Of a stretch of DNA of 34,325 nucleotides, positions 8,622-18,005 are shown piece by piece. Below the pieces are notes generated by a model. That model was given only the letters and a program-made list of their open reading frames with translations, was not told the DNA's origin and did no database searches. Every line of letters begins with the position of its first letter. Position 1 is the stretch's first letter. Where the stretch lies: assembly GCA_048268245.1 (NCBI GenBank), contig JBLWVX010000030.1:1-34325 (forward strand), in the 5' to 3' direction. A program made the translations under genes and the position numbers. The DNA is from Arcobacteraceae bacterium (GTDB lineage Bacteria; Campylobacterota; Campylobacteria; Campylobacterales; Arcobacteraceae).

Positions 8622-9800
8622 ATGAAACTTCAAAAATTAGAACCATTAACAGATGAGTATTTAGAATCTATAGGATTTGTATGGCATACAGATGAAGATA
8701 ATACTTCTTATGTAGCAGATGAAATAGTAGAAATAACTCCTGATGAAGCAGAAGCTTACTATGAAGCTACAAATGAACTTTATGATATGTTTTGTGAAGC
8801 AGGAGAGTATGTTGTAGAAAATGATTTATTTCATGAATTAAACATACCTTTTAATCTTGTTGAAATGATAAAAGAATCATGGGAAAATGATGTTCATTGG
8901 CATTTATATTCAAGATTTGATTTAGCAGGAGGTATTGATGGCAAGCCTATAAAACTTATCGAATTTAATGCAGATACACCAACTTCACTTTTTGAAACAG
9001 CTATTATTCAATGGGCAATGCTTAAGAAAAATGGACTTGATGAAGCAAGTCAATTTAATAACTTATATGATGCACTAAAAGACAACTTCAAAAGAATTAT
9101 TACACTTGATAGTGATTTAGAAAAATTTGATGAGTACTACTCAAAACTTGGGTGGAAAATACTATTTACTTCTATTTCAGGGCTTCCAGAAGATGAAAAT
9201 ACTACTAAGCTTTTACAGCATATAGCAACAGAAGCTGGATTTAATACTGACTTTGAATTTATAGACCAAGTTGGATTTAATGACGAAGGTATTTTTAAAG
9301 AAGATGAACTATTTGAGTTTTGGTTTAAGCTTATTCCATGGGAAGATATAGCTATTGATGAAGGAGAGTTAGCTCTTATTTTAACTGAAATCATCAAAGA
9401 GAAAAAAGCTATTATTTTTAATCCTGCGTATACACTAATGTTCCAGTCAAAAGGCTTTATGAAAATACTTTGGGATTTATATCCAAATCACCCATTGTTA
9501 TTAGAAACTTCATTTGAGCCGCTAGAAGGTAAAAAACAAGTTGAAAAAAGATGTTTTGGTAGAGAAGGTGCAAATACTAAAATCATAAATGAAGATGGAA
9601 GTATTGATGTAGAAACACAAGGTGAATACGAAGGTCATAAAGCTATCTATCAAGAGTATGTAGAACTTCCTACAGATAGTCAAGGAAATTCATATCAAGC
9701 AGGTGTTTTCTATGCGTACGAAGCTTCTGGACTTGGTTTTAGAAGAGGTGAAAAAATTCTAAATAATATGTCTAAATTTGTAGGACATGTAATAAACTAA
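8622..9800 (+). CDS. Glutathionylspermidine synthase family (ATP-grasp) protein
   Basis: RFDL, KLIEFNADTPTSLFE, FKLIPWE, FGREGAN motifs. Confidence 0.93.
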   Translation: MKLQKLEPLTDEYLESIGFVWHTDEDNTSYVADEIVEITPDEAEAYYEATNELYDMFCEAGEYVVENDLFHELNIPFNLVEMIKESWENDVHWHLYSRFDLAGGIDGKPIKLIEFNADTPTSLFETAIIQWAMLKKNGLDEASQFNNLYDALKDNFKRIITLDSDLEKFDEYYSKLGWKILFTSISGLPEDENTTKLLQHIATEAGFNTDFEFIDQVGFNDEGIFKEDELFEFWFKLIPWEDIAIDEGELALILTEIIKEKKAIIFNPAYTLMFQSKGFMKILWDLYPNHPLLLETSFEPLEGKKQVEKRCFGREGANTKIINEDGSIDVETQGEYEGHKAIYQEYVELPTDSQGNSYQAGVFYAYEASGLGFRRGEKILNNMSKFVGHVIN

Positions 9801-9802
9801 GC

Positions 9803-9835
9803 TAAACAACTAAGGCAATAAGCCTTAGTTGTTTA
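9803..9835. terminator. Bidirectional terminator hairpin between convergent genes
   Basis: 14-bp inverted repeat TAAACAACTAAGGC / GCCTTAGTTGTTTA with a 5-nt loop. Confidence 0.75.
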
Positions 9836-10753
9836 CTCTTCTTCATAAAATTCTAACTCTCCATAGGCATCAAAAATATTTCTTGAATTTACTTCATCAT
9901 ATAAAGCTTTATCTTTAAACTCTTCAAGTTTTACCACACTATTTATATTTGCAGCACCCACATCTTCTTCAACTGCTTCTAAAACTCTTTGTTTTAATAA
10001 AGTAAAATATTTTAAAGTCTCATCCATAGCTGTTTTTGACGTATCATATCCATGTCCTGGAACTAAAGTATTCCATTGCTTACTTTTTATCATCTCTAAA
10101 GCTTTTAAAGATCCTATAACTGAACCATCCCTATTTGAAGTAACCCTTCCATTCATTACTAAATCACCAGTAAATAAAGCTTTATTTTGAGGTACATAAA
10201 CAAATAAATCTTCTGATGTATGAGCTTTAACTCCAATAGGAATCATTATAAACTCAGTATTCCCTACTTTTATAGTAGTAGTTTCATTGATAACTTTATC
10301 TAAGCTCATAAGCTTTGTATTTTTCATTTGCTCTTTTGATAAAACATGAAAAACTCTCGGCTTATGTCCAAGCTTTACTTGCTCATTAATAGTTTGAGTT
10401 CCTATTAACTCACTATTAAACTCATCTTTATAGAAACTATTTCCTAACCAATGGTCATCATGTCCATGAGTATTTAAAACCTTAGCTACTGGAAGTTTTT
10501 CTATTTTTTCCATTTGTTCATAGGCTTGTTTTGCTAAGTTATAGTTAGAACCACTATCTATTACAACATAGGCTTTTGAAGTTTTAACATAACAAAAGTT
10601 TGACATAAACGCACCATTCTCTTTTTTGGGCATATCTAAATGACCTAAAAAACACCAAGTGTTATCTGCTACTTTTTTTGGTTTAAGATTATAATCAAAT
10701 GCAAAAATATAACTTGCACCAAATATAAGAAGTAAAAACATTTTCTTTACCAT
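9833..10753 (-). CDS. Exported MBL-fold metallohydrolase (SoxH-like)
   Basis: Signal peptide; THGHDDHWLGN, AHT, FTGDLV, VPGHG motifs. Confidence 0.85.
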   Translation of the reverse strand: MVKKMFLLLIFGASYIFAFDYNLKPKKVADNTWCFLGHLDMPKKENGAFMSNFCYVKTSKAYVVIDSGSNYNLAKQAYEQMEKIEKLPVAKVLNTHGHDDHWLGNSFYKDEFNSELIGTQTINEQVKLGHKPRVFHVLSKEQMKNTKLMSLDKVINETTTIKVGNTEFIMIPIGVKAHTSEDLFVYVPQNKALFTGDLVMNGRVTSNRDGSVIGSLKALEMIKSKQWNTLVPGHGYDTSKTAMDETLKYFTLLKQRVLEAVEEDVGAANINSVVKLEEFKDKALYDEVNSRNIFDAYGELEFYEEE

Positions 10754-10891
10754 TAGTTATCCTTAATTAAAATTAATAATACTATTATAATAAAACTTTA
10801 TATAAACATAGCTCAATGTTTTTCATCTATAAAAATCAAAAAAATTAAGATATAATGTAAAATAATTTTTACTCATTTAAGGAAAAAGTTT

Positions 10892-11923
10892 ATGAATAGT
10901 GTTATTGCATTAGAAGAATTGATAAAAGAAGAAGAAAGCAGAGCAGCTCTACTTCAAAAACAGTTAACAAACCATGAATCAGGAGAAAATAAACTCTCAA
11001 GATTAGCTCTAGCATCTACAGAATCAACTCTTGAAGAAACACAAGAAAAACTTACTAAACATAAAGCTATGTATGAAGAGCTTATGAAACAAGACTTAAA
11101 AGAGCTTGAAGAAAAAGAGAAACTCGAAGAAGCTATTAGAAGAAAAAAATATTTTGAAAATCAAAACACCCGAATAAAAAATAACAATGAAAGAGCAGAT
11201 GATCAAAAATTAGAAGCAATGATGATTTTAGATGAACTACCCCAAGAAGTAAACTTTGAAGATGATGAGCTTTTTGAGATTGCTCAAAAGTCCTTAGAGT
11301 TAAACCTAAAAGACCATAAAGAGTTAAAAGATGAGTTGTCAGTTATTAGAAAAGACTTCCAATCTCACCTAAAAAACTGTAAAGATGAAAAACTAAGTGA
11401 AATAGAGTTATTAAACTTTAGAATACCTATACTTGTACTTCATTTTAGTGTTTTACTTAAAAATATAGAAAACAACTTTGTACCAAAAGATGGTGAAGAA
11501 AATAAAGAAGAAGCTAAAAAGTTTACAGGTTTTCCAAGATATGAAGATTGGTGGATACAAGAGTTATGGTCTAGCCATCAAGCTTATTTTGCCTTGTTTA
11601 AATTCAAAGCCATTATTATGAATCTATGCAAAACTGGTGAACAAAAAAGATCATGGTCGAAGATATTTGATAACTGGGTATTTGTAAAAAAAGTACTTAC
11701 TGATAAAGGTGCCCTAGCACATGATTATCATTTTGCACTTGATGCCCTACTTCATAAATATGCTAGATTAGATGAAGAGTTAGAGAGTAAAAACTTAGAA
11801 TCTATGGAAACTATCATAAAAAAAATTACTAAAAAAGAGGATTTTACAAAAATGGCTAGAAACCATAGTCTAATCACTCCTTATTTGAAATTTAAAAAAG
11901 AGAAGTTAAATAGTCTTAAGTAA
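10892..11923 (+). CDS. Hypothetical protein with long N-terminal coiled coil
   Basis: 343-aa ORF with AAGGA RBS and upstream TATAAT; no family recognised. Confidence 0.8.
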   Translation: MNSVIALEELIKEEESRAALLQKQLTNHESGENKLSRLALASTESTLEETQEKLTKHKAMYEELMKQDLKELEEKEKLEEAIRRKKYFENQNTRIKNNNERADDQKLEAMMILDELPQEVNFEDDELFEIAQKSLELNLKDHKELKDELSVIRKDFQSHLKNCKDEKLSEIELLNFRIPILVLHFSVLLKNIENNFVPKDGEENKEEAKKFTGFPRYEDWWIQELWSSHQAYFALFKFKAIIMNLCKTGEQKRSWSKIFDNWVFVKKVLTDKGALAHDYHFALDALLHKYARLDEELESKNLESMETIIKKITKKEDFTKMARNHSLITPYLKFKKEKLNSLK

Positions 11924-12355
11924 AACCTTAAAACTATCTTCTATTTTTTTTAAATCTCTTAAAAGCAATATTGGATTATGATTTAGATAAAGACTCTTTT
12001 TTCTAAAGTCCTTTGCCCTAATATCTATTTTCCCATCAATTAATACTACATCATAAAAGACTTTTCCATCACTAAAGCTAATACACAAAGGTAAGTAATA
12101 CTCTTCTTGATCATCAGCTAAATACCACATAGATTCATTATTTATAGTTACAAAAGGAAGAGTAGCGTCTATCTTTATTTGAGATAATCCTTCTTTATTA
12201 AATAACACTTTCTTAATATTTTTTATATTTAAAACATCTTTATCTATATTTTTTTGAACTCTTTTATACATGGTTCTCCACATGAAAGAGTCAAGTCTTC
12301 TTGTACTATCAAAGTGAGCTAAAGGCTCATCATTTATATAATGTATATTACTCAT
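11906..12355 (-). CDS. Hypothetical protein
   Basis: 149-aa ORF whose start overlaps the lpxK stop by 8 nt. Confidence 0.7.
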   Translation of the reverse strand: MSNIHYINDEPLAHFDSTRRLDSFMWRTMYKRVQKNIDKDVLNIKNIKKVLFNKEGLSQIKIDATLPFVTINNESMWYLADDQEEYYLPLCISFSDGKVFYDVVLIDGKIDIRAKDFRKKSLYLNHNPILLLRDLKKIEDSFKVLLKTI

Positions 12356-13292
12356 ATGATTTTATATACTCTTCCATAATTTTAAAGTCTGTATTCTCAT
12401 CAAATTTAATATCTAAATCCATTAGATATAAGTCTTTGATTTTAAATTTATTTAGTTTTACTAAGTCTTTTCCAGTAGTTATAAAACTAAAACCTTTATA
12501 TTTTTTATAAATAGATTCTATGTCTTCTTTAACAAAACTATAATGATCAGGAAAACTAACCATCTTAGTATCTTTTGGTAAAAACTCAAGTAGTCTTTTA
12601 GGTTTAGAAATAGCAGTTATTAATACAAGTTTAGAAGGAAGTTTAGTTTCAACACCATTCTTTTTAAAAGTAATAACTCTATGAAAATCTTTACCTTCTT
12701 TTAATTCAATATCAGCATTAAAATAAAAACCTTTAGGTTCTCTGTAACATCCACTAGGTAAACAGAAAATATTTGTAGGCTCTTTTTTAGGTCGAAGTAA
12801 AATATCAAACTTTTTTATATGATACTTTGAAAAGCCATCATCTAAAAAAACTATCTTGCAACCAAGCTCTTTGGCTTTTTGTATAGCTTTAACTCTATTT
12901 TCACTAACTATTACAGTTGCTTTTGGCAAAGAGTTTGCTAAAAGCATAGCTTCATCACCTGCTGTTTTTACATCTTCCAAAACTTTCCCATTATGAGAGA
13001 TTACATATAAACCTTTTGAAGCTCTTCCGTAACCCCTTAAAACTACACAAGCTTTTTCATATTTTGAAGCAAGCTTTATAGCAACAGGTGTTTTCCCACT
13101 CCCACCTACAACTATATTTCCTATAGATATTACAGGTATTCCTAAGTGTACCTCTTTTGCCATTGCTCTTTTAAAGAAAATTATAAGCATATATACAAAA
13201 GTTAAAGGTATTAATAAAAATGAGATTAGTTTTTGGAAAGTATTTGGATAGAAGAGATAATCTTCTATCCAAGTATAAAGTTTTTGTTTCAA
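12348..13292 (-). CDS. lpxK: Tetraacyldisaccharide 4'-kinase
   Basis: PVISIGNIVVGGSGKTP, LRGYG, GDEA, LDDGF, LPSGCYRE, FPDHY. Confidence 0.95.
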   Translation of the reverse strand: MKQKLYTWIEDYLFYPNTFQKLISFLLIPLTFVYMLIIFFKRAMAKEVHLGIPVISIGNIVVGGSGKTPVAIKLASKYEKACVVLRGYGRASKGLYVISHNGKVLEDVKTAGDEAMLLANSLPKATVIVSENRVKAIQKAKELGCKIVFLDDGFSKYHIKKFDILLRPKKEPTNIFCLPSGCYREPKGFYFNADIELKEGKDFHRVITFKKNGVETKLPSKLVLITAISKPKRLLEFLPKDTKMVSFPDHYSFVKEDIESIYKKYKGFSFITTGKDLVKLNKFKIKDLYLMDLDIKFDENTDFKIMEEYIKSYE

Positions 13293-13298
13293 GTTATT

Positions 13299-14438
13299 TT
13301 ATATCCACTCTGATGCAACTTCGATAACTTGGTCACATACATAATTCACTTCCTCATCTGTAAGCCCTGCATACATTGGAAGAGAAAGAATTTGTTGATA
13401 GTTATTAAGTGCATTTGAAAATGCTGTAATCTTAATTGAATACTTTGTTTTATAGTAAGATAAAAGATGTAAAGGAATATAGTTAAGACCAGTAGCAACC
13501 CCTCTATCTTTTAAAGCTCTTGCAAAAGCATCTCTGTTTCTTGATACTTTTACAATAAATTGTGTAAATATATGCTCATCTTTATGAGGAGGTATAGAGA
13601 TATGTTTTACCCCTGTTAATCTCTTCTCATATAAAGCTGCAATCTCTTTTCTTCTTTTGATAAAACTTTTTGTTTTATTTAACTGAGCTAAAGCATAAGC
13701 TGCATCTAACTCAGATAAATCATATTTATGACCAATGTCTACAACATCATAAACATAATCCAAGTTTCCATAGTTATCATAAGTAGTAGTTAAGGCATGA
13801 GTTCTTAATAATTTTGCCCTATTTGCAATCTCTTCATTATTTGTTACAATAATTCCAGATCTTGAAATAGCGTATTTTGAGTTTGATGGATTTGTAGAGA
13901 AGATAGTCATATCAGCTCTTAAATTACCAACTGTTTTACCTTTGTATGTCGCACCTAGTGATGATCTACAATCTTCAATAAGAATAATTCCATACTTCTG
14001 AGCAATATCATAAATTCTATCTAAATCAGGAGTTTGACCGCCTACAAAAGTGATAATTGCACCTCTTAATTTTTTAGAGTTATTCTCTTCTAAGGCTTTT
14101 TCAAATTTATCAACATCAATATTCATATCTTCCATATTAATATCAATAAAAACAGGCTCTGCATCAAAATGTCTAACACACTCAGGTAAGTTAACAAAAG
14201 AGTTAACAGACATAAGTATTTTATCCCCTCTTTTAAGTTTTATAGCACTTAATGCAAGGTGAATTGCTGCAGTTGAAGTAGCAGTAGCAACTGCATGTTT
14301 TGCTCCTACAAAATTCTTAATACTCTCTTCAAATTCAAGTACTTTTGATAAGTCATCTTTTGATTCTAAAACACTTCTTATCTGATTTAATTCCTCATTA
14401 TCTAAAGATGCCTTATAAATTGCAACTTCTCTTTTCAT
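13299..14438 (-). CDS. DegT/DnrJ/EryC1/StrS-family aminotransferase-like protein (divergent)
   Basis: TAAIHLAL, PVFID, IEDC, ILSLPMY motifs; PLP-lysine region atypical. Confidence 0.85.
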   Translation of the reverse strand: MKREVAIYKASLDNEELNQIRSVLESKDDLSKVLEFEESIKNFVGAKHAVATATSTAAIHLALSAIKLKRGDKILMSVNSFVNLPECVRHFDAEPVFIDINMEDMNIDVDKFEKALEENNSKKLRGAIITFVGGQTPDLDRIYDIAQKYGIILIEDCRSSLGATYKGKTVGNLRADMTIFSTNPSNSKYAISRSGIIVTNNEEIANRAKLLRTHALTTTYDNYGNLDYVYDVVDIGHKYDLSELDAAYALAQLNKTKSFIKRRKEIAALYEKRLTGVKHISIPPHKDEHIFTQFIVKVSRNRDAFARALKDRGVATGLNYIPLHLLSYYKTKYSIKITAFSNALNNYQQILSLPMYAGLTDEEVNYVCDQVIEVASEWI

Positions 14439-14442
14439 AAAT

Positions 14443-15204
14443 TTAACTCCACTTAATTTTTGCTATTGTAGGTAATTTACCTTTAAAAGCATTTGCTTTT
14501 ATTCTGTAATCTAACATATCTATTAATTTCTCTTCAAAACCTAAAGCTAATAGTTCATCTTTTGATTTAGCTTCATCAACCATAGGTTTTAGTGCATCAT
14601 CCATTTGCTTATATGAGTAACCTAACTCATTTTCATCACTTTGACCTTCCCAAAGGTCCGCACTTGGAGCTTTATTTACTATTGCATCTGTAACACCCAA
14701 GAATTTTGCAAATTCAAATTCATCACTTTTATACATTTCACCTATTGGATTAATTGCACATGCAATATCTCCAAAAATAGTTCCATATCCTAAAAGTAAT
14801 TCACTTTTATTAGATGTTCCAACAACTATAGACTTTTCTCTTGATGATACATCATAAAGTACTGACATTCTTATTCTTGCACTAAAGTTTCCAATTCTAA
14901 GTTTATCATCATCCATATTATCTATAAACGATTCAACCATCGGAGCAATTGAAATTATTTCATATTTGATATCAAACTTTTCACAAAGTTCAATAGCATG
15001 GTCAGTTGAACTTTGTGATGAAAATTGTGATGGCATTAAAACACAATTTAATTTATCACCAAAAGCTTCTTTACAAAGTACTGCTACTACAGCTGAGTCA
15101 AGTCCACCTGATAGACCTACAGTAACTTTTTCTAAACCTGTCTTTTTTACTTCTTCTTGCAAAAAAGTTATTAGTTGTTCTTTTATATTTTTCCAATTAA
15201 TCAA
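14443..15204 (-). CDS. nadE: NH3-dependent NAD+ synthetase
   Basis: GLSGGLDS, GNFSARIRM, GTSNKSE, GYGTIFGD, KAPSADLWEGQSDE. Confidence 0.96.
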   Translation of the reverse strand: MINWKNIKEQLITFLQEEVKKTGLEKVTVGLSGGLDSAVVAVLCKEAFGDKLNCVLMPSQFSSQSSTDHAIELCEKFDIKYEIISIAPMVESFIDNMDDDKLRIGNFSARIRMSVLYDVSSREKSIVVGTSNKSELLLGYGTIFGDIACAINPIGEMYKSDEFEFAKFLGVTDAIVNKAPSADLWEGQSDENELGYSYKQMDDALKPMVDEAKSKDELLALGFEEKLIDMLDYRIKANAFKGKLPTIAKIKWS

Positions 15205-15228
15205 TTAATATCCTTTTGACGAAGATTA

Positions 15229-15441
15229 TTATAGCTCATCTTTTTTTGTTTTTTCATAAAGCTCATCTAGATAAACACTACTAACCGCTGACATATTGTT
15301 TTTTTTCTCTAAAAGCTGATTTTTTATATCTAAAAGTTCATCTTCTTCAAAGTAGTTTAAATAATTTGGATTAATTTCTATACTATCTTCATCAGATGTC
15401 TTTATAAGCTCTTTTATCTCTTTTATTAATTCTTCTTTCAT
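15229..15441 (-). CDS. Small acidic hypothetical protein
   Basis: 70-aa ORF 1 nt from the upstream BFD gene, within the operon. Confidence 0.7.
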   Translation of the reverse strand: MKEELIKEIKELIKTSDEDSIEINPNYLNYFEEDELLDIKNQLLEKKNNMSAVSSVYLDELYEKTKKDEL

Positions 15442-15442
15442 A

Positions 15443-15673
15443 CTATTTCTTTGTAAACTTGTCTAAGATTTCTACTAAATAAAGTTCCATCTTTTCTGCA
15501 CCTATATCATTAGCTGGACTTTTACATGATTTACAACAAGTTCCTGCATCTGTAAATTCACCTATTTCTTCAAGTGTACTTGCCCCTCTTTCTTTTATAG
15601 AATGCATTATCTCCCCCAATGTTACATGTTTACATGTACATACTTCATAAGAATGAGGAAATTTTCTAGCCAT
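15443..15673 (-). CDS. BFD-like [2Fe-2S]-binding protein
   Basis: VCTCKHVT...TDAGTCCKSC. Confidence 0.88.
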   Translation of the reverse strand: MARKFPHSYEVCTCKHVTLGEIMHSIKERGASTLEEIGEFTDAGTCCKSCKSPANDIGAEKMELYLVEILDKFTKK

Positions 15674-15677
15674 ACTT

Positions 15678-15905
15678 TTAATCCTTTTTTAATTCATTTA
15701 AAATTTGTTTACAGTAAATCTTTTTTTTAATCTTCCCAAAATCACCTTCTTCAAAAATACAATGTCTACATTCAGTACCAACTGTAGTAGTATCTTGAAG
15801 TTCTCTTAGTGTTTTTACATTTTGATCATTTACTGCATTTTTTATATCATTTATTGTAACATTTTTACAATTACATACTTCATAAGAGTCATCAAAACCT
15901 AACAT
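15678..15905 (-). CDS. BFD-like [2Fe-2S]-binding protein (second copy)
   Basis: VCNCKNVT...TTVGTECRHC. Confidence 0.85.
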   Translation of the reverse strand: MLGFDDSYEVCNCKNVTINDIKNAVNDQNVKTLRELQDTTTVGTECRHCIFEEGDFGKIKKKIYCKQILNELKKD

Positions 15906-16667
15906 TTAGTTCCCTCTGCTTTTTTTGATAATTTCGTAAGCTTGGTTAATTTCTTGAAGTTTTGAAGTAGCCTCATCTATTATACTTTGAGAAGCACCTT
16001 GTCCAGCAACAATATCAGGGTGATGTTTTTTAACAAGTTTTCTATAATTCTTTTTGATAGTAGAGTCATCATCATTAACATTAGATTCTAAAAGTTCATA
16101 AGCTTTATCTAAACTTAAAGCTTCACTTTTTGCAGCGTTTGCATAAAAGGCTTTAAAATTACTAACTAAGTTCTCAAAATCAATTTGTTTGATTTTTAAA
16201 GCATTTGCTATATCTTCTGTAATCATTTTTTCTGTATCTGAAAAATCTTTATCAATAAATGCAAGGTTTAACAGATATTCCATAATTTTAACACGCTTTG
16301 TGTAATCAAATTTTGTTAAATTGTATAATTTTTCACAAATTTCTATTGTATTATCAAAGCTTTCTTTTTGCTGTGTATACAACTGCTTTAATCTATCTCT
16401 CATTTCATCTTGATTTTCAAAATGTCTTGAAATATCATTTAATGTATGTTTTAAAAGTTCCGCTTCCAACTCACATACTTTTCCATCAGCTTTTGCAACT
16501 TTTGCCATTAATGAAACTAAAAGACCAGCTTCATGAGTCATTAAATCACCATCAAATTTCTCTTTAACTTTTAAATTAATATTTTTAAACTTTTCAGTCT
16601 TGTAATTTCTTGCTATTAAAAATAAAATAAAACCAATTACTAGTAAAACTATTATTTTCATCATCAT
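15906..16667 (-). CDS. djlA: DjlA-like co-chaperone (N-terminal TM, TerB-like domain, C-terminal J domain)
   Basis: AKVAKADGKV..LE; YRKLVKKHHPD; QEINQAYE. Confidence 0.85.
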   Translation of the reverse strand: MMMKIIVLLVIGFILFLIARNYKTEKFKNINLKVKEKFDGDLMTHEAGLLVSLMAKVAKADGKVCELEAELLKHTLNDISRHFENQDEMRDRLKQLYTQQKESFDNTIEICEKLYNLTKFDYTKRVKIMEYLLNLAFIDKDFSDTEKMITEDIANALKIKQIDFENLVSNFKAFYANAAKSEALSLDKAYELLESNVNDDDSTIKKNYRKLVKKHHPDIVAGQGASQSIIDEATSKLQEINQAYEIIKKSRGN

Positions 16668-16753
16668 CCTTTTATTTAAATACGATTATTTTGCTAGATT
16701 TTATCAAATTTTAGTTAAAATCTTAACCTTTAAATATACACTGGAGTTATATT

Positions 16754-17272
16754 ATGTTTGGAATGGGCTTTATGGAAATCCTGCTTATTGCAGTAATTGC
16801 AATTGTTGCACTAGGACCTGATAAACTACCTACTGCAATGGTAGAAATAGCAAAATTTATTAAGAAATTCAAATCAGGTGTAGATGATGCGAAATCAACA
16901 CTTGACAGTGAATTAAATCTTAAGGAGATGAAAGAAGAAGCGCAAATGTTCAAAGCACAGATTGAAAATACTAAATCTTCTATGAATTTAAATAATCACG
17001 TTGACTTAGGTTTAGATAATATCATAAATGATGATTTACCATCTTCTTCAAAAGAAAAAGTTGATAAAGAAGAAGAACCTTCAAAAGATGAAAAAGTATC
17101 TTTCAAAAAGAAAAAGAAGAAAAATAAAATTCAAGATGAACCTACAGAAGAATTAGCTTCAATTGAAGAATCAAATGAACAAATCATGCAAAATGCTGCA
17201 AATAAATTCAAAGTTAACTTTCATGAAGATAATGACAAAAATAAAGATGAAAAAAAAGAGGATAATGCTTAA
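16754..17272 (+). CDS. tatB: Tat translocase subunit TatB
   Basis: MFGMGFMEILLIAVIAIVALGPDKLP; coupled to tatC. Confidence 0.93.
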   Translation: MFGMGFMEILLIAVIAIVALGPDKLPTAMVEIAKFIKKFKSGVDDAKSTLDSELNLKEMKEEAQMFKAQIENTKSSMNLNNHVDLGLDNIINDDLPSSSKEKVDKEEEPSKDEKVSFKKKKKKNKIQDEPTEELASIEESNEQIMQNAANKFKVNFHEDNDKNKDEKKEDNA

Positions 17273-18000
17273 TGCTAGATGATTTAAAACCGCATATAGC
17301 GGATCTTAGAAAAAGGTTGATGATATCAGGAGCATGCTTAATAGTTATGTTCTTTATATGTTTTTTCTTTTATGAGCCAATTTTAGGTTGGATGATGGTT
17401 CCTATTGAGGCTGTATTACCACCTAATTCACAAATGGTAGCAGTAGAAATTCAAGAGACATTCTTTACAGCATTAAAAGTTGCTTTCTTTTCAGCTTTCT
17501 TATTATCTTTGCCTGTAATATTTTGGCAGATGTGGCTATTTTTAGCTCCTGGACTTTATGAGCATGAGAAAAAACTTGTTGTACCTTTTGTGTTTTTTGC
17601 AACACTAATGTTTTTAGTTGGTGCTTCATTTGCATACTATGTAGTTGTACCTTATGGATTTGAATTCCTTGTAAACTTTGGTTCTGCTGTTGTTACAGTA
17701 TTACCAAGTATTGGTAAATATGTAGGATTCTTTACAAAACTTTTATTTGGTTTTGGTGTTGCATTTGAATTACCAGTAATTACATTTTTCCTAGCAAAAA
17801 TAGGACTTGTTGATGATAGAATGTTAAAAGACTTCTTTAAATACGCAGTTGTACTTATTTTTATTTTAGCATCACTTTTAACACCGCCTGATGTATTAAC
17901 TCAATTTTTAATGGCCGGTCCATTAATCTTATTATATGGTGTATCTATTTACATTGCTAAAGTATTTAACCCAGCAGATAAAGAAGAGGAGGAAGAGTAG
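17272..18000 (+). CDS. tatC: Tat translocase subunit TatC
   Basis: HIADLRKRL, FLAPGLYEHEK, FGVAFELP, LTPPDVLTQ. Confidence 0.96.
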   Translation: MLDDLKPHIADLRKRLMISGACLIVMFFICFFFYEPILGWMMVPIEAVLPPNSQMVAVEIQETFFTALKVAFFSAFLLSLPVIFWQMWLFLAPGLYEHEKKLVVPFVFFATLMFLVGASFAYYVVVPYGFEFLVNFGSAVVTVLPSIGKYVGFFTKLLFGFGVAFELPVITFFLAKIGLVDDRMLKDFFKYAVVLIFILASLLTPPDVLTQFLMAGPLILLYGVSIYIAKVFNPADKEEEEE

Positions 18001-18005
18001 AATTT

